Origin: a virus
DNA length: 64,000 bases
Direction: 5' to 3' (one strand)
Virus record (IMG/VR): IMGVR_UViG_3300048575_000193
The notes beneath the pieces were generated by a model. The model did not search any database and was not told the DNA's origin. It was given only the letters and a program-made list of their open reading frames with translations. This document shows, one piece after another, positions 18,736 through 28,577 of this stretch. A program made the translations under genes and the position numbers. The stretch's first letter is position 1. Each line of letters starts with the position of its first letter.

Positions 18736-18922
18736 ACCACTCCCTCTTCGTCGGGACCTCAGAGGGCTCCCGCGTCTTGGCGCATTCCTGGCAACACGCT
18801 ACCTGCTCCCCTCCCTTGCGACCTAGCCCTACCGTCCAGTAAGGCGTAGGGGTACGGCAAAAGCAGCAGCACTCGTAGGGAGGGCCTCCCTGGTCCTTGG
18901 GTTCACGTCTGGTCTTGATCAT
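18683..18922 (-). CDS. Small Cys-rich protein
   Basis: CCCFC...CCQEC, 8 nt after a class I motif. Confidence 0.65.
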   Translation of the reverse strand: MIKTRREPKDQGGPPYECCCFCRTPTPYWTVGLGRKGGEQVACCQECAKTREPSEVPTKREWCDKERAIYKREHPHAPR

Positions 18923-18930
18923 GGCTCAAC

Positions 18931-18955
18931 TACTCCAGGGGCGGGCTTCGATCAA
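18931..18955 (-). promoter_or_regulatory. Class I motif TTGATC-N12-TGGAGTA
   Basis: 8 nt before ATG 18922. Confidence 0.65.
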
Positions 18956-18974
18956 CCCGCCCCGCCATCTTTTC

Positions 18975-19880
18975 TCACGCTGCCTCTTCTTCCTCGGCTG
19001 CAACCGTTCCTTCGAAGGCCTCAAGGATCTTGGAGGCCGCTCGAGCGATCCGGGTGCCGCATTGCTCGACCAGCTTGGTATCCCCGTGCGCCCAATGCTG
19101 GACGTAGGTGAAGCTGAAGCTGCTGGTGTCTACACCGAGGGCTCGGCACACGATGTAAGCCGTGCTCTCTGCCTCGACTTCCTTCTCCGGTCGGCTGTGG
19201 TAGCCGTCCTCGTCCTTGCCGTGGAGGATCGCGTGTGCGACCTCGTGAACCAAAGTCTGGAACTTCGCGGCTTCGGATCGGCCGTTGTCCATGACGACGA
19301 TCTCCTTGGTGGTCGGCTGGAACCAGCCAAGGGCGTCTGAGGGGTCATGCTTGGCGCGGTCGCGGATCTCAACCCCGCTCACGGCGTCCAGGCTCTTTGC
19401 CATTTTCACAAGCTCGGCCAAGGGGGCGGAGCCGTTGACCTCGGGGAGGCTTACGTTGAGGACTCCATCGGGGGGCTCGGCGCCTTCGGTCTGGTCGTAT
19501 GCGAACACGTAGAGGATCTTGAAGTAGATCCCGCTGACTTGCTCGTCTTCACCCTTGGCGTTCTTCTCGGTGCGCTTCCACACGTTCGGCTGAAGGATCG
19601 CAATCCCCTTCTCACCCTTCTTGACGAAGCGGCCGATGCCCTTCCACCTATTGAAAGTAGCAACCGCGTCCGCGCCGTCACGCTGGCTGGCAACCAGGAT
19701 CTGGTTGCGGAAGCTGAACCGCGCGGGGCTGAACTTTCCTCGCCGGGCCATACTATCCAAGAGGCGCGTCCAATCCTCACTGGTCTGGATGCTTTGGAGA
19801 CCCTCAACCAGGGCGGCCTTAGCGGCATCGATCTTGGCGTTGCGTTCTTCGGCGGTTTGCTTTTGGTAGGTGGTCTTCAT
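18975..19880 (-). CDS. ArdC-like ssDNA-binding / antirestriction protein with HExxH domain
   Basis: FSFRNQILV...VATFNRWKGIGRFVKKGEKGIAILQP, TLVHEVAHAILH, EVEAESTAYIVC. Confidence 0.85.
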   Translation of the reverse strand: MKTTYQKQTAEERNAKIDAAKAALVEGLQSIQTSEDWTRLLDSMARRGKFSPARFSFRNQILVASQRDGADAVATFNRWKGIGRFVKKGEKGIAILQPNVWKRTEKNAKGEDEQVSGIYFKILYVFAYDQTEGAEPPDGVLNVSLPEVNGSAPLAELVKMAKSLDAVSGVEIRDRAKHDPSDALGWFQPTTKEIVVMDNGRSEAAKFQTLVHEVAHAILHGKDEDGYHSRPEKEVEAESTAYIVCRALGVDTSSFSFTYVQHWAHGDTKLVEQCGTRIARAASKILEAFEGTVAAEEEEAA

Positions 19881-19888
19881 GCCCCTGG

Positions 19889-19949
19889 TATGCTCGGGCG
19901 ACCGATCAACAGAAAAGAAACCTGTTGATCCACACCAGGCAGCGGCATA
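19889..19949. promoter_or_regulatory. Back-to-back class I motifs: (-) TTGATC-N8-GAGCATA variant and (+) TTGATC-N12-CGGCATA (19925-19949)
   Basis: Each lies 8 nt before the ATG of a divergent gene, with the same CCAGGGGC spacer. Confidence 0.75.
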
Positions 19950-19957
19950 CCAGGGGC

Positions 19958-20272
19958 ATGATTAACGCCACCCTCGCTACCCTGATCGCCGAAGCCGTCA
20001 CCAACCTCGTCGAAGACCTCCTGGGCGACGACGAGACGACAGCGCCTTGGGCTTCCTTGGACGAGATCGCCAAGGACATCGGATGCGCGACCTACGCCGT
20101 CATCCAAGAGGCGCGCAAGCAGGGCCTCACGGTCGGTGAGCGCGGGGTGCCCCGAAAGGTCCGCACCATCAGCTCGAACAGCCACGACCGCTGGAGCGGG
20201 CCGGGCTCATGCGCGACCCACGGGGGATCTGGCTACGAACAAATCGCGGGCTTTGCAGGAGAAGAGGTCTGA
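19958..20272 (+). CDS. Hypothetical protein, possible HTH
   Basis: SLDEIAKDIGCATYAV. Confidence 0.6.
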   Translation: MINATLATLIAEAVTNLVEDLLGDDETTAPWASLDEIAKDIGCATYAVIQEARKQGLTVGERGVPRKVRTISSNSHDRWSGPGSCATHGGSGYEQIAGFAGEEV

Positions 20273-20273
20273 A

Positions 20274-20573
20274 ATGCCTGAAGCACACATCACAAACCAG
20301 GTTCTTGAATCCGGGATGATCGTCAGGATGGTCAATGCAGATGGGACAATGGAGCCCTTCTCGGATTGCGTCATCCTCAAGGTGGTCCACGCCCCCGGCG
20401 CCCAGACGATCTACACGGTCGGAAGGCCCTACGCCTTCGCTACAGGAACGCGAACTACGTCACCCTCGCCTCTTACCGGGGTAGAGACCTTTGAGGTCAA
20501 CGACGTCAAGATGGCCCGATCCTTCGTGCTCCCGCTCAATTCGCGCGGTGAGCCCTACGTCATGGAGATTTGA
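20274..20573 (+). CDS. Hypothetical protein
   Basis: 99 aa, SD GAGG. Confidence 0.7.
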   Translation: MPEAHITNQVLESGMIVRMVNADGTMEPFSDCVILKVVHAPGAQTIYTVGRPYAFATGTRTTSPSPLTGVETFEVNDVKMARSFVLPLNSRGEPYVMEI

Positions 20574-20574
20574 G

Positions 20575-20808
20575 ATGCTCTACATAGCCTTACATCTCGA
20601 GGGCTACACCCTCATCGACAAGAAAGTCTGCACAACACCGGAAGCAGCCGTGCGCCGCCTCGAGCGTATGGTCAAGGCTTCCGGAATGAGCCTCTACCTC
20701 ACCAACCCCAAAGACCTCGACGAGGGCAAGACTATCACCGTCACGACGGGCAAAACAACCTTCCTGGCCTTTCGAGCCGGGATCGAAAGGGACAGCCATG
20801 TTGGTTAG
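20575..20808 (+). CDS. Hypothetical protein
   Basis: 77 aa, coupled. Confidence 0.6.
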   Translation: MLYIALHLEGYTLIDKKVCTTPEAAVRRLERMVKASGMSLYLTNPKDLDEGKTITVTTGKTTFLAFRAGIERDSHVG

Positions 20809-21073
20809 CGGTACCACCACACTCGAATACAGGGGCGCGCCGTTCTCAATCGTCACGATTACCATCGAGAAGGACGACTCCCCCGATGACTTCAACGCAT
20901 GGTTCAAGGAATGGCGAGGAACCCCCGGCGTCGCTCGGAAGTTCCGGATCGATGTCAACCTTTGGGATAGGCGCCCCACGGTCTACAACGTCGTCATCAG
21001 CTCGGACTTCGAATTCGGAGCCTTCATGACAGGCTGGACCCTTCGCGGGATGTTTGAGCATCCTGGCAAATGA
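20798..21073 (+). CDS. Hypothetical protein
   Basis: 91 aa, coupled. Confidence 0.65.
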   Translation: MLVSGTTTLEYRGAPFSIVTITIEKDDSPDDFNAWFKEWRGTPGVARKFRIDVNLWDRRPTVYNVVISSDFEFGAFMTGWTLRGMFEHPGK

Positions 21074-21075
21074 CG

Positions 21076-21100
21076 TTGATCCCTTAGACCCTCCGGCATA
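21076..21100 (+). promoter_or_regulatory. Class I motif TTGATC-N12-CGGCATA
   Basis: 8 nt before ATG 21109. Confidence 0.8.
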
Positions 21101-21108
21101 CTAGGGGC

Positions 21109-21714
21109 ATGATGAACCTCGAAGCCTCCAATGACAACCGCCACGACCCCGAAGACTTTCGCATGGGCGAGACCAAGGAAGTCAAAGGCTGGCGGATCCA
21201 TCGCTACGCCGACAGCATCAAGGTCACCGAGCTGGCCAACGCAGGCAAGCGGGGCAAGACGGTCGGCATCGTCACGGTCTACAACTTCCGCAGCCGACTT
21301 AACCCCATGGAGAGCAACGCCCTTGAATTCGTCATGTGGGCGAACCGAGGGGCGGACATGGCGAAGATGATCGACATCGCCAATGAACAGTCAAAGCTCT
21401 TCAACGCTACGGTCGAGGTTCAATACGTCAAGGGGATCGAGGTGACACCGGCTGGATTCAAGACGATCAAGATCCACACGGAGCGACTCTACCTAGAGGC
21501 TTCCTACAGTGACTTCACCATCCGGGACGTCACTGACCATCACAACGTCCCCACGGCTATCCCGGCCATCTCGGGCGGCAAGAAGAGCATCCCGGCGCTT
21601 TACCGCTGGGTCCAAGCTAACGAGGCTGCGATCAAGGGGATGCGCTTCTACGAGCTTCTTGAAGCGATCCGAGCCGAGGGGATCAAGTACCATCAGTACT
21701 GCGCGATTGACTAG
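21109..21714 (+). CDS. Hypothetical protein (MMNLEA start)
   Basis: 201 aa. Confidence 0.75.
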   Translation: MMNLEASNDNRHDPEDFRMGETKEVKGWRIHRYADSIKVTELANAGKRGKTVGIVTVYNFRSRLNPMESNALEFVMWANRGADMAKMIDIANEQSKLFNATVEVQYVKGIEVTPAGFKTIKIHTERLYLEASYSDFTIRDVTDHHNVPTAIPAISGGKKSIPALYRWVQANEAAIKGMRFYELLEAIRAEGIKYHQYCAID

Positions 21715-22394
21715 CCCCGGACCTGGAACTCATCGAAGAAGCCGATCCGGACCTCTTTCGAGAAGGTCCGGAGGGCATTCTCCCAGCCCGATTCAATGAC
21801 GGTGCCCGCAAGCGCAAGCGCGTCGTGGATGGTCTTGCAATACGTGTGGAAGGCGTCGTCATGAACATCAAAGCCCCCGGGGCTGATGTCAATGCAGACG
21901 TCCCTCTTGGACGACCGGAGGATCGCCTTGAAGGGCCAGCGTGAGGGCGTCGTGAGCGCATAGAGCGGAAGCGGCCCCCATTGAATGCGGGTGCCCTTGC
22001 TATCGCCGTACCGCGTTACAAGCACAACAAATTCCGGGTTGACCGTGCCGTGCTCTTGGGTTGGGATCTTGACACCCTCTGGGATCTCGAGGGCTGTGTC
22101 CCTCCCCAATTGGACCTCCATGATCTCCAAGTCAAGCGCTTCGATGTGCGCCATGTACTCAACGAGACGCGCGAATCGCGCCCGCCTAGCCGCACCCTCA
22201 TAGAGATAGATCTCCCGAGGATCGTCAGGTGGCGTGTCAGATCGGGCGGGCTCAATCCGAATGACTCCGGACCCGTGGTCCAGCTTACGAATGTGCCAAG
22301 GGTAGTAGTTCTGGTCGAGGATCACTTCTTGGGCCGACAGCCCCTCCGTGCTTTCAACCTCGATCGTAATGCCCGGAATTCGCTTAACCTTCAT
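21711..22394 (-). CDS. Hypothetical protein
   Basis: ATG 9 nt after the GGTGTAG box at 22404-22410. Confidence 0.7.
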   Translation of the reverse strand: MKVKRIPGITIEVESTEGLSAQEVILDQNYYPWHIRKLDHGSGVIRIEPARSDTPPDDPREIYLYEGAARRARFARLVEYMAHIEALDLEIMEVQLGRDTALEIPEGVKIPTQEHGTVNPEFVVLVTRYGDSKGTRIQWGPLPLYALTTPSRWPFKAILRSSKRDVCIDISPGGFDVHDDAFHTYCKTIHDALALAGTVIESGWENALRTFSKEVRIGFFDEFQVRG

Positions 22395-22445
22395 GCCCAC
22401 CCCCTACACCGTCGCGAATCCTTCCATGGCAGCCCCCTTGGCAAC

Positions 22446-22643
22446 ATGCCCAACGTCATCCGTTACTTCGAGCGATCGTTTCCCGGAACCTACATCGAAG
22501 TCATCCGAGAGTATGACAACGCCCACAATCCCGTGAGCGTTCGCTACGGACGGAAGTTCCGGCTTGCAAGGGACAACGAGGTAGGAGAAACCGCGATCGT
22601 TCCGGATATGCACACGCCTATCCGGCTCACCCCGATCGCTTAG
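22446..22643 (+). CDS. Small hypothetical protein (MPNVIRYF...)
   Basis: 65 aa, fills the gap between minus-strand genes. Confidence 0.55.
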   Translation: MPNVIRYFERSFPGTYIEVIREYDNAHNPVSVRYGRKFRLARDNEVGETAIVPDMHTPIRLTPIA

Positions 22644-24019
22644 GTGAGGCTGAGCCCCCGAGACTCCAGCTCCTTCACGACATCGTCGTACATGTCGGGG
22701 TAGAGCTTACGGGTGATCTGGAGGCGCTTCTTCTTGCCTGCCTTGCCTGGCTGCGCCGCGACCTCCATGGCAAGCCCACGAACCGTTCTCGTATCCGTCT
22801 GAGACGGGCGATAGCGATCCTTGGGGTCAGGTGTCGTGACGATCGCCAAGGCCAGCTCCTTGAGGTCCTGGTCTTGGATCGACCGGGCAATCTGGATCTG
22901 CGATGCCGAGAACTTGAAATCGAGGAAGGCTGGATACCAGTCACGGACGTCGGGCGGGAAGTGTTCGATCATGGACCCGTGGCTGTGCTGAAGGTCGTTG
23001 GCGCGGTCAACGGCCGCGATAGCTGCCCGTCCGTGGGCTCGCTTGAGCATGTCGTAGCATTCTACCGCGCCCATCCATCCCTCACGATCTCCGGCCTTAC
23101 CGTAGCGCGCACGAAGCTCTTGGATAGCCGCCGCGACCGTCGTGATGTTCCGTTCGAAGTTAACCGTGACGTCGTCTCCTTGAACCACGAACTTGAATTC
23201 GTAAGGGACGCCCTGCCCCCGGCCGAAGTCCGTGAAGATCTTCGAGAAGCGGCTGATGTTCGACGGGAGCCATTCGTTGAAGAACCAATCGTGTGCGTCG
23301 AGGGATGGTGTGACCGGCTTGACCGTCCCTCGCTGAATGGCAGCTCCTGCGGAGGGCAGCTCATCTAAGGCCCGCTGGTCAAGGGTCTTGGTATGCCAAA
23401 CCGCGCCGTCGAAGTCGAACCCAAGGTCGCGCAGCTTCGCGCGGTTGGCAAAGGTCAAGGCGCTCTTGGGGATGACGTACTCCGCGCGCCCACGGTCATA
23501 CGTGATCGGAAGCGCCTCGAGGTTGGCGTTACGCTCCCCGGATCCCGCTTTCATGTACTCCATGCGGACGACCTTGAAGATCTTCTCGCCGATCGCGTCG
23601 ATCTTGTCCAAGACCAAGAATCGCGCGGCCTCTTCGGGGATGGACTTCGTGAGAGGCTCAGGGCGCCCCGAGAGCATGTTCGGAAGGCTCTCGACCCAAT
23701 CCCCCAAAGCGTCCTCCAGAGCCTTCATGGCCTTGGAGGATTGCGTCTTGTTGGCGCGGTTCAAGAAGACGTAGCCCAGCCAATCCGCAAACCGTGAGGC
23801 GTACTCTTCCGCGAGCTTGTCACGGAAGTCGGCGATCCCAGGGTGCTCCCCCGCCGATGTGTCGAAGAGGTACGTGGCAAGGGCGATGTCCTTGGAGCGC
23901 AAGCCCTCCAAGGGAAATCCTTTCAGAAGAGCGATTGCATCCTCACCTGGAAGCAGATCAATACCACCAGCAAGACGTAGCCGAGAATCACGTCGATCAT
24001 AGGAGTACCTGGAGCGCAT
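22640..24019 (-). CDS. Hypothetical protein
   Basis: 459 aa, SD GAGG. Confidence 0.8.
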   Translation of the reverse strand: MRSRYSYDRRDSRLRLAGGIDLLPGEDAIALLKGFPLEGLRSKDIALATYLFDTSAGEHPGIADFRDKLAEEYASRFADWLGYVFLNRANKTQSSKAMKALEDALGDWVESLPNMLSGRPEPLTKSIPEEAARFLVLDKIDAIGEKIFKVVRMEYMKAGSGERNANLEALPITYDRGRAEYVIPKSALTFANRAKLRDLGFDFDGAVWHTKTLDQRALDELPSAGAAIQRGTVKPVTPSLDAHDWFFNEWLPSNISRFSKIFTDFGRGQGVPYEFKFVVQGDDVTVNFERNITTVAAAIQELRARYGKAGDREGWMGAVECYDMLKRAHGRAAIAAVDRANDLQHSHGSMIEHFPPDVRDWYPAFLDFKFSASQIQIARSIQDQDLKELALAIVTTPDPKDRYRPSQTDTRTVRGLAMEVAAQPGKAGKKKRLQITRKLYPDMYDDVVKELESRGLSLT

Positions 24020-24050
24020 ACCTCAAGGCAATGAAAAGTGCTTTATCTCG

Positions 24051-24075
24051 TTGATCCCCTACACCCCTCGGCATA
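24051..24075 (+). promoter_or_regulatory. Class I motif TTGATC-N12-CGGCATA
   Basis: 8 nt before ATG 24084. Confidence 0.8.
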
Positions 24076-24083
24076 CAGGGGAC

Positions 24084-24566
24084 ATGCCTACACACGAAGC
24101 CCGCACCACCAAGATCGCAGAAACCCTCCGCAGCAGCACCATCGGCGAATGGACCGAGATCAAGGTTTCCAGGGTCGGCACCGTGTACGTCCACCGCCTC
24201 CCCAAAGCCTCCGCCGACCTCATGGGCGTCAACGAGATGTTCGTGAGAGTTGGCAGCGCAAGCCTCGCTGACTCCACGGCGGAGTTTCGCGGGACGGCCG
24301 AAGAGGTCGCCAAGAACCTCTGCCTGATGCTCAAGGCCCCCTCCAAGGCAGTCGAGACCGTCGCCAACGTCATCCTCGAAGCGGGCGGACACATCAACCC
24401 CGCTTGCGAACGCGGCATCGCCTCCCTCAAAGCCCCCGAAGCCGCAGCATGGCTCGGCCGCGACGAGGAGACGGTCTTCAAGGCTTACGACCTTCTCGAA
24501 GAACGCGGCATCGGCCGCTCAACCGAAACCGGCTGGCGCTACGCCGACGCCCCCTTCGCCTCTTGA
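24084..24566 (+). CDS. Hypothetical protein with C-terminal winged-HTH-like region
   Basis: EAAAWLGRDEETVFKAYDLLEERGI. Confidence 0.7.
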   Translation: MPTHEARTTKIAETLRSSTIGEWTEIKVSRVGTVYVHRLPKASADLMGVNEMFVRVGSASLADSTAEFRGTAEEVAKNLCLMLKAPSKAVETVANVILEAGGHINPACERGIASLKAPEAAAWLGRDEETVFKAYDLLEERGIGRSTETGWRYADAPFAS

Positions 24567-24591
24567 TTGATCCGACGCCCTCCCCGGAGTA
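24567..24591 (+). promoter_or_regulatory. Class I motif TTGATC-N12-CGGAGTA
   Basis: 8 nt before ATG 24600. Confidence 0.7.
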
Positions 24592-24599
24592 CTACCGAC

Positions 24600-24971
24600 A
24601 TGAAGACCGGAACCCTCGTAGGAGCACAAAGATGGCCCTGGGCAGCTTGCCACCCTGATTGCTGGGGCCGCCCTTGGGCCGGTCGCCTTCTCGCGATCGA
24701 CGACCCCCGCGCTTGGGCCGGAAGCATAGCCTTCCCTATGGCAAAGCCCAAAAGGGCCGACGTCAAAGCCCACGTCGCCTGGTGTAGATCCCAGGGCTTG
24801 CTTGATAACCGCGTCCCGGTCCTCTGGGACTTCGGAACCCGTGAAACGGTCTACTGGGAGGACGTAAATAGCCTCCGCCCCTACAAGGACGACGTTCAAG
24901 AGTGGGAGGAAGCCCGTGCCCGTAAGATGCTCGAATTGGGTCTGCCGCAAGACCTCAAGAAATGCGGCTGA
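24600..24971 (+). CDS. Hypothetical protein
   Basis: 123 aa. Confidence 0.7.
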   Translation: MKTGTLVGAQRWPWAACHPDCWGRPWAGRLLAIDDPRAWAGSIAFPMAKPKRADVKAHVAWCRSQGLLDNRVPVLWDFGTRETVYWEDVNSLRPYKDDVQEWEEARARKMLELGLPQDLKKCG

Positions 24972-25313
24972 AGCCGTCAAGCAGGGGTGGGGCTACGTCG
25001 AGAACACCTACGGCCAGAATGAGTACGTTTGGCGTTGCCCGGATCACCGCAAGGGCGACGAGGAAACCGAGCCCCCCGATGCCGAACCCACCGACGAGGA
25101 ATGAGATCATCGCCCGCTTCATCCACCGGGAATGGTCCGCTTTCATGACGTTCCTCTTCTCCCGCTGTACCCCCGGGCCGGATGGCTCCCTCGTCATCCC
25201 AGCCAAGCACGTAGAGCGCTGGCGAACGATCGCCGAGACGCCTTGGGAGAAGCTGTGGCCCGCCGAACAAGACACCGACCGCCAACAAGCCAAAGCGCTC
25301 GAGGAGGAGATCG

Positions 25314-25844
25314 ATGGGAATCCGCGTCCATAAGGCCATCGGCTGGGCAACACGTAAGGCAAAGATCTCCAATGAGACCATGGAGATGCTTTACGAGATG
25401 TCCTACCCTAAGTTCACCGAATGGCTCCGGGAGAACAAGGACGCCGTCTCCGCCGCGATCCCCAAGATCAAGGATCCCCGCTACACGCAAGCGTCTCCGC
25501 TTTCCAGTGTGGACTTCTACCTTTCCTGCGCCCCAACGCGATCGGTCATCCCTCACAGCATGGGCCGCTGCGTCATGCACGATCCAGAATTCGGGCTCAA
25601 GCGGCTTACCCTCTTCATTGACCCGCTTGAGTTCAAGACCTGGTTCCGCTACGACTCGACGCTGGACTGGATCGAAGAGACCGAGCGCCATAGCCAACGG
25701 CCTCGCTTCCACAAGGTCACACGTGGGCTCTATCCCTACGCCCTCGGACAAATCTCGCCCGGCGTCGTCGGCCTCTGCATCCTTGCCGGTGTACCAGAGA
25801 TCATCCCGAGCCTCCATGAGGGCCTCTACGTTTATTGGGGTTGA
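25314..25844 (+). CDS. Hypothetical protein
   Basis: 176 aa, SD GGAGGAG. Confidence 0.75.
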   Translation: MGIRVHKAIGWATRKAKISNETMEMLYEMSYPKFTEWLRENKDAVSAAIPKIKDPRYTQASPLSSVDFYLSCAPTRSVIPHSMGRCVMHDPEFGLKRLTLFIDPLEFKTWFRYDSTLDWIEETERHSQRPRFHKVTRGLYPYALGQISPGVVGLCILAGVPEIIPSLHEGLYVYWG

Positions 25845-25865
25845 TCACCCGCGAGGCTCGGCATA
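25841..25865 (+). promoter_or_regulatory. Class I motif TTGATC-N12-CGGCATA
   Basis: 8 nt before ATG 25874. Confidence 0.8.
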
Positions 25866-25873
25866 CTAGAGCC

Positions 25874-27220
25874 ATGCAAATCCCTCCCGAAGCACTCCGT
25901 ATCTGCCAGACCCTCCGCCGTGAGGGCTACGAAGCCTTCCTGGTCGGTGGCGCTATCCGCGACTTCATCATGGGCCGAGAAGCCCATGACTGGGACATCG
26001 CTACCAACTCCCGCCCAGAAGTCATGCTCCGCATTTTCCCCCGTGTCATCCTGACCGGCATCCAACATGGAACCGTGACGGCCATCGTGAACGGTTCCGG
26101 TTTCGAGGTGACGACGTACCGTGGGGACGGGGACTACACGGACGGACGCCGCCCCGACGCTGTGAACTTCCTCGACCGGATCGAAGACGACCTGGCCCGG
26201 CGCGACTTCACCATGAACGCCATCGCCTACGACCCGATCGACGACCGAACCGTCGACCCCTTCGGAGGTATGGCCGACATCGCAAACAAAGTCATCCGAG
26301 CCGTAGGCGACCCCCGCCGCAGGTTCCACGAGGACGGCTTGCGCGTCATGCGCGCCGCCCGATTCGCGGCAACCCTGGGCTTCAGCATCGAACCCGAGAC
26401 CCTCGAGGGTATTCGCCCAAACCTCGAAGTCTTCTCGAAAGTCTCGATCGAGCGCGTCCACGACGAACTCTTCAAGATCATGAAGGGCTCGGTCAAGCCT
26501 TCGGTCGCCTTCCGCGTCATGGCGGAGACGGGGATGCTCGAGGTCTTCATTCCGGAATTCAAGGCGAGCTTTGGGTGCGCCCAGAACAAGTACCACGCCT
26601 TCGACGTGTGGGAGCACACCTTGGTTACGCTTGACCGTGTCCCGGCTACGAAGCCCTTGCTGCGCTTCGCCGCCCTATTCCATGACATCGGCAAGCCCGC
26701 CGTGAAGGAGGCCCACCCGGTGACAGGAGACGCAACCTTCTACAACCACGAGGTCGTAGGGGCTGACATGACGCGGGAGATCTTGACCCGGCTGCGATTC
26801 GCCACGGAAGACTTGGAAGCGATCGTTCACTTCGTGCGGCACCACTACATCCGCTACGAAGCTGACCACGGAGCCCCCGCCGTCCGCCGCTGGGTCCGCA
26901 AGGTTGGGCTCGACAACGTCCCCGACTTCTGCACCTTGGCCCACGCAGACATCGACGGCAAAGGCCCCGCCAAGGTCGCCCTGGAGGAGACGCTCATCGA
27001 CGCCCTCCGCGATCGGGTCGCACGGATGAGCGTGACGGAGACCATCCCAACTTCCACGAAGGTCCTCGTCATCAACGGCCGCGACGTCATGGAGGCCCTC
27101 GGGATCGCCCCAGGCCCCCGCGTCGGCCGCGTCCTCAATGCACTCCTCGAATCCGTGACCGACGACCCCTCCCTCAACGAACGTGAAACCCTCCTCCGCC
27201 TCGCCAAGGAGATCCCGTGA
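25874..27220 (+). CDS. cca: tRNA nucleotidyltransferase (CCA-adding / poly(A) polymerase family) with HD domain
   Basis: LVGGAIRDF..HDWDIAT, EDDLARRDFTMNA, EDGLRVMRAARF, VWEHT...ALFHDIGKP. Confidence 0.92.
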   Translation: MQIPPEALRICQTLRREGYEAFLVGGAIRDFIMGREAHDWDIATNSRPEVMLRIFPRVILTGIQHGTVTAIVNGSGFEVTTYRGDGDYTDGRRPDAVNFLDRIEDDLARRDFTMNAIAYDPIDDRTVDPFGGMADIANKVIRAVGDPRRRFHEDGLRVMRAARFAATLGFSIEPETLEGIRPNLEVFSKVSIERVHDELFKIMKGSVKPSVAFRVMAETGMLEVFIPEFKASFGCAQNKYHAFDVWEHTLVTLDRVPATKPLLRFAALFHDIGKPAVKEAHPVTGDATFYNHEVVGADMTREILTRLRFATEDLEAIVHFVRHHYIRYEADHGAPAVRRWVRKVGLDNVPDFCTLAHADIDGKGPAKVALEETLIDALRDRVARMSVTETIPTSTKVLVINGRDVMEALGIAPGPRVGRVLNALLESVTDDPSLNERETLLRLAKEIP

Positions 27221-27909
27221 GAAAGACCCTCCGGCACCGGATCCTCAACATCTACGACCAAAACAAGTCGCACGACATCGACTTCGTCACCGTCGACCAG
27301 GCTACCCTACAGATCCTCGGCCCCGAGCCTATTGGTGACCTCATCGAGGTCCGTGTCTCGAATACGGACCTCCGGAGAGGCTTCATTCTCGTAGGCGCCC
27401 GGGGCTGGGTCTATGAGGGGCACGTCTGCTTCGACCCCAGAAAGCCGATCACGAAGGAATGCTGGCTTCGGGATTCCGAAGGCGTCATCCACCTCATGAA
27501 ACCCCGCATCGGCGTCGGCGTGCATTACGGGGAGGGCTACAACCTCCAACGACGCAACCTCGCGTCGTCCTACGACGATCCGCAGGAGCAGCACCTCTAC
27601 TACGAATGCGTGCTCTGCCACACCGTCGAAGAGGGTCAAATCTGGGCGCCCCCGGATATGCGCAAGTCTTACAGGATTGTGGCATCCCTAAGCACCATCG
27701 AAGAAGCCCCCGGAAGGATGGCCCGTATCCCCGTGGTTACGCTCGGGCTCCCCCGAAGCCCGTACCCACATAACGAGCCCGAATTCATCCAGGTCGCCCT
27801 CCCCGAATTGTACAACGATTGGAACTACGCGATCGTCGCCCCAACGCGGATGACCGCCGACCCCGTCCACACCGCTTACGACAAGCTCATGGACGAAGAC
27901 CTTTTCTAG
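27217..27909 (+). CDS. Hypothetical protein ending TAYDKLMDEDLF
   Basis: 230 aa, GTGA overlap. Confidence 0.75.
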   Translation: MRKTLRHRILNIYDQNKSHDIDFVTVDQATLQILGPEPIGDLIEVRVSNTDLRRGFILVGARGWVYEGHVCFDPRKPITKECWLRDSEGVIHLMKPRIGVGVHYGEGYNLQRRNLASSYDDPQEQHLYYECVLCHTVEEGQIWAPPDMRKSYRIVASLSTIEEAPGRMARIPVVTLGLPRSPYPHNEPEFIQVALPELYNDWNYAIVAPTRMTADPVHTAYDKLMDEDLF

Positions 27910-27918
27910 GAGATCAGC

Positions 27919-28563
27919 ATGATTGTAAACATCTCCCCCGAGAACTTCCACCTGAACCCTGCCAAAGATCGAACGCTCTCCGTTGTGATCTTTCCCCGCG
28001 ACCCGCATACCTCCGGAGAGGTCCTCCGAAAGGTCTCCTGCGGAGACGGGACGTCGATCTGGAAAGCGATCCCCAAGCGCGGCAGCTATGAAACCCTGAT
28101 CCCCGCTATCGAAGGGACCTACAAGATCGTCATCCCGGACGGGCCAAGCTACTACCTGGACCTTCGCAAACCGGCATCCTTCTGGACAGGGTCCATCCAA
28201 GCCATCGGCGTCCTGCTCCCCGGCATCTCCTTCAACCTCTCAAGGAAATTCGGATCGCCCCCATGCAAAAAGCAGAAGTCACGCTCTGCGTCCTCGGCCC
28301 GGACGCCCGCATCTACCCCTGCGGCCCAAACTACAAAGGCCCTCCCGGCCCCATCGTCGCCGTCGACGGCTACATCCAAACCGACGAGGACGGCCCCTAC
28401 CAGAACATCCGCTACTTCTACGGCGTCACCATTAGGGTCCCGCCCCTTGAAACCTGGCCCGAAGGCGCCAGCATCCCACGCCCCGACCCCCGTGAACGAA
28501 ACCCCCTCACCACCCGTAGAGACATCGAAACCATCCGGTCGACGCCCGAGGTCCGCATCGTGA
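27919..28563 (+). CDS. Hypothetical protein (C-terminal half overlaps the next ORF)
   Basis: SD GGAG. 3' part is low complexity. Confidence 0.5.
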   Translation: MIVNISPENFHLNPAKDRTLSVVIFPRDPHTSGEVLRKVSCGDGTSIWKAIPKRGSYETLIPAIEGTYKIVIPDGPSYYLDLRKPASFWTGSIQAIGVLLPGISFNLSRKFGSPPCKKQKSRSASSARTPASTPAAQTTKALPAPSSPSTATSKPTRTAPTRTSATSTASPLGSRPLKPGPKAPASHAPTPVNETPSPPVETSKPSGRRPRSAS

Positions 28564-28577
28564 CGGAGACCTTCTGA
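28263..28577 (+). CDS. Hypothetical protein
   Basis: 104 aa, protein-like composition. Confidence 0.6.
   Translation: MQKAEVTLCVLGPDARIYPCGPNYKGPPGPIVAVDGYIQTDEDGPYQNIRYFYGVTIRVPPLETWPEGASIPRPDPRERNPLTTRRDIETIRSTPEVRIVTETF

Noticed and set aside
22404-22613. Minus-strand 69-aa ORF ending in the GGTGTAG box
   Set aside because: Antisense to the more protein-like 22446-22643 ORF, so not counted among genes ending in the box
24084-24566. KAYDLLEE as another copy of the acidic tag
   Set aside because: Fits the ordinary winged-HTH helix (AYxxLxxxG) and has no Pro-rich linker
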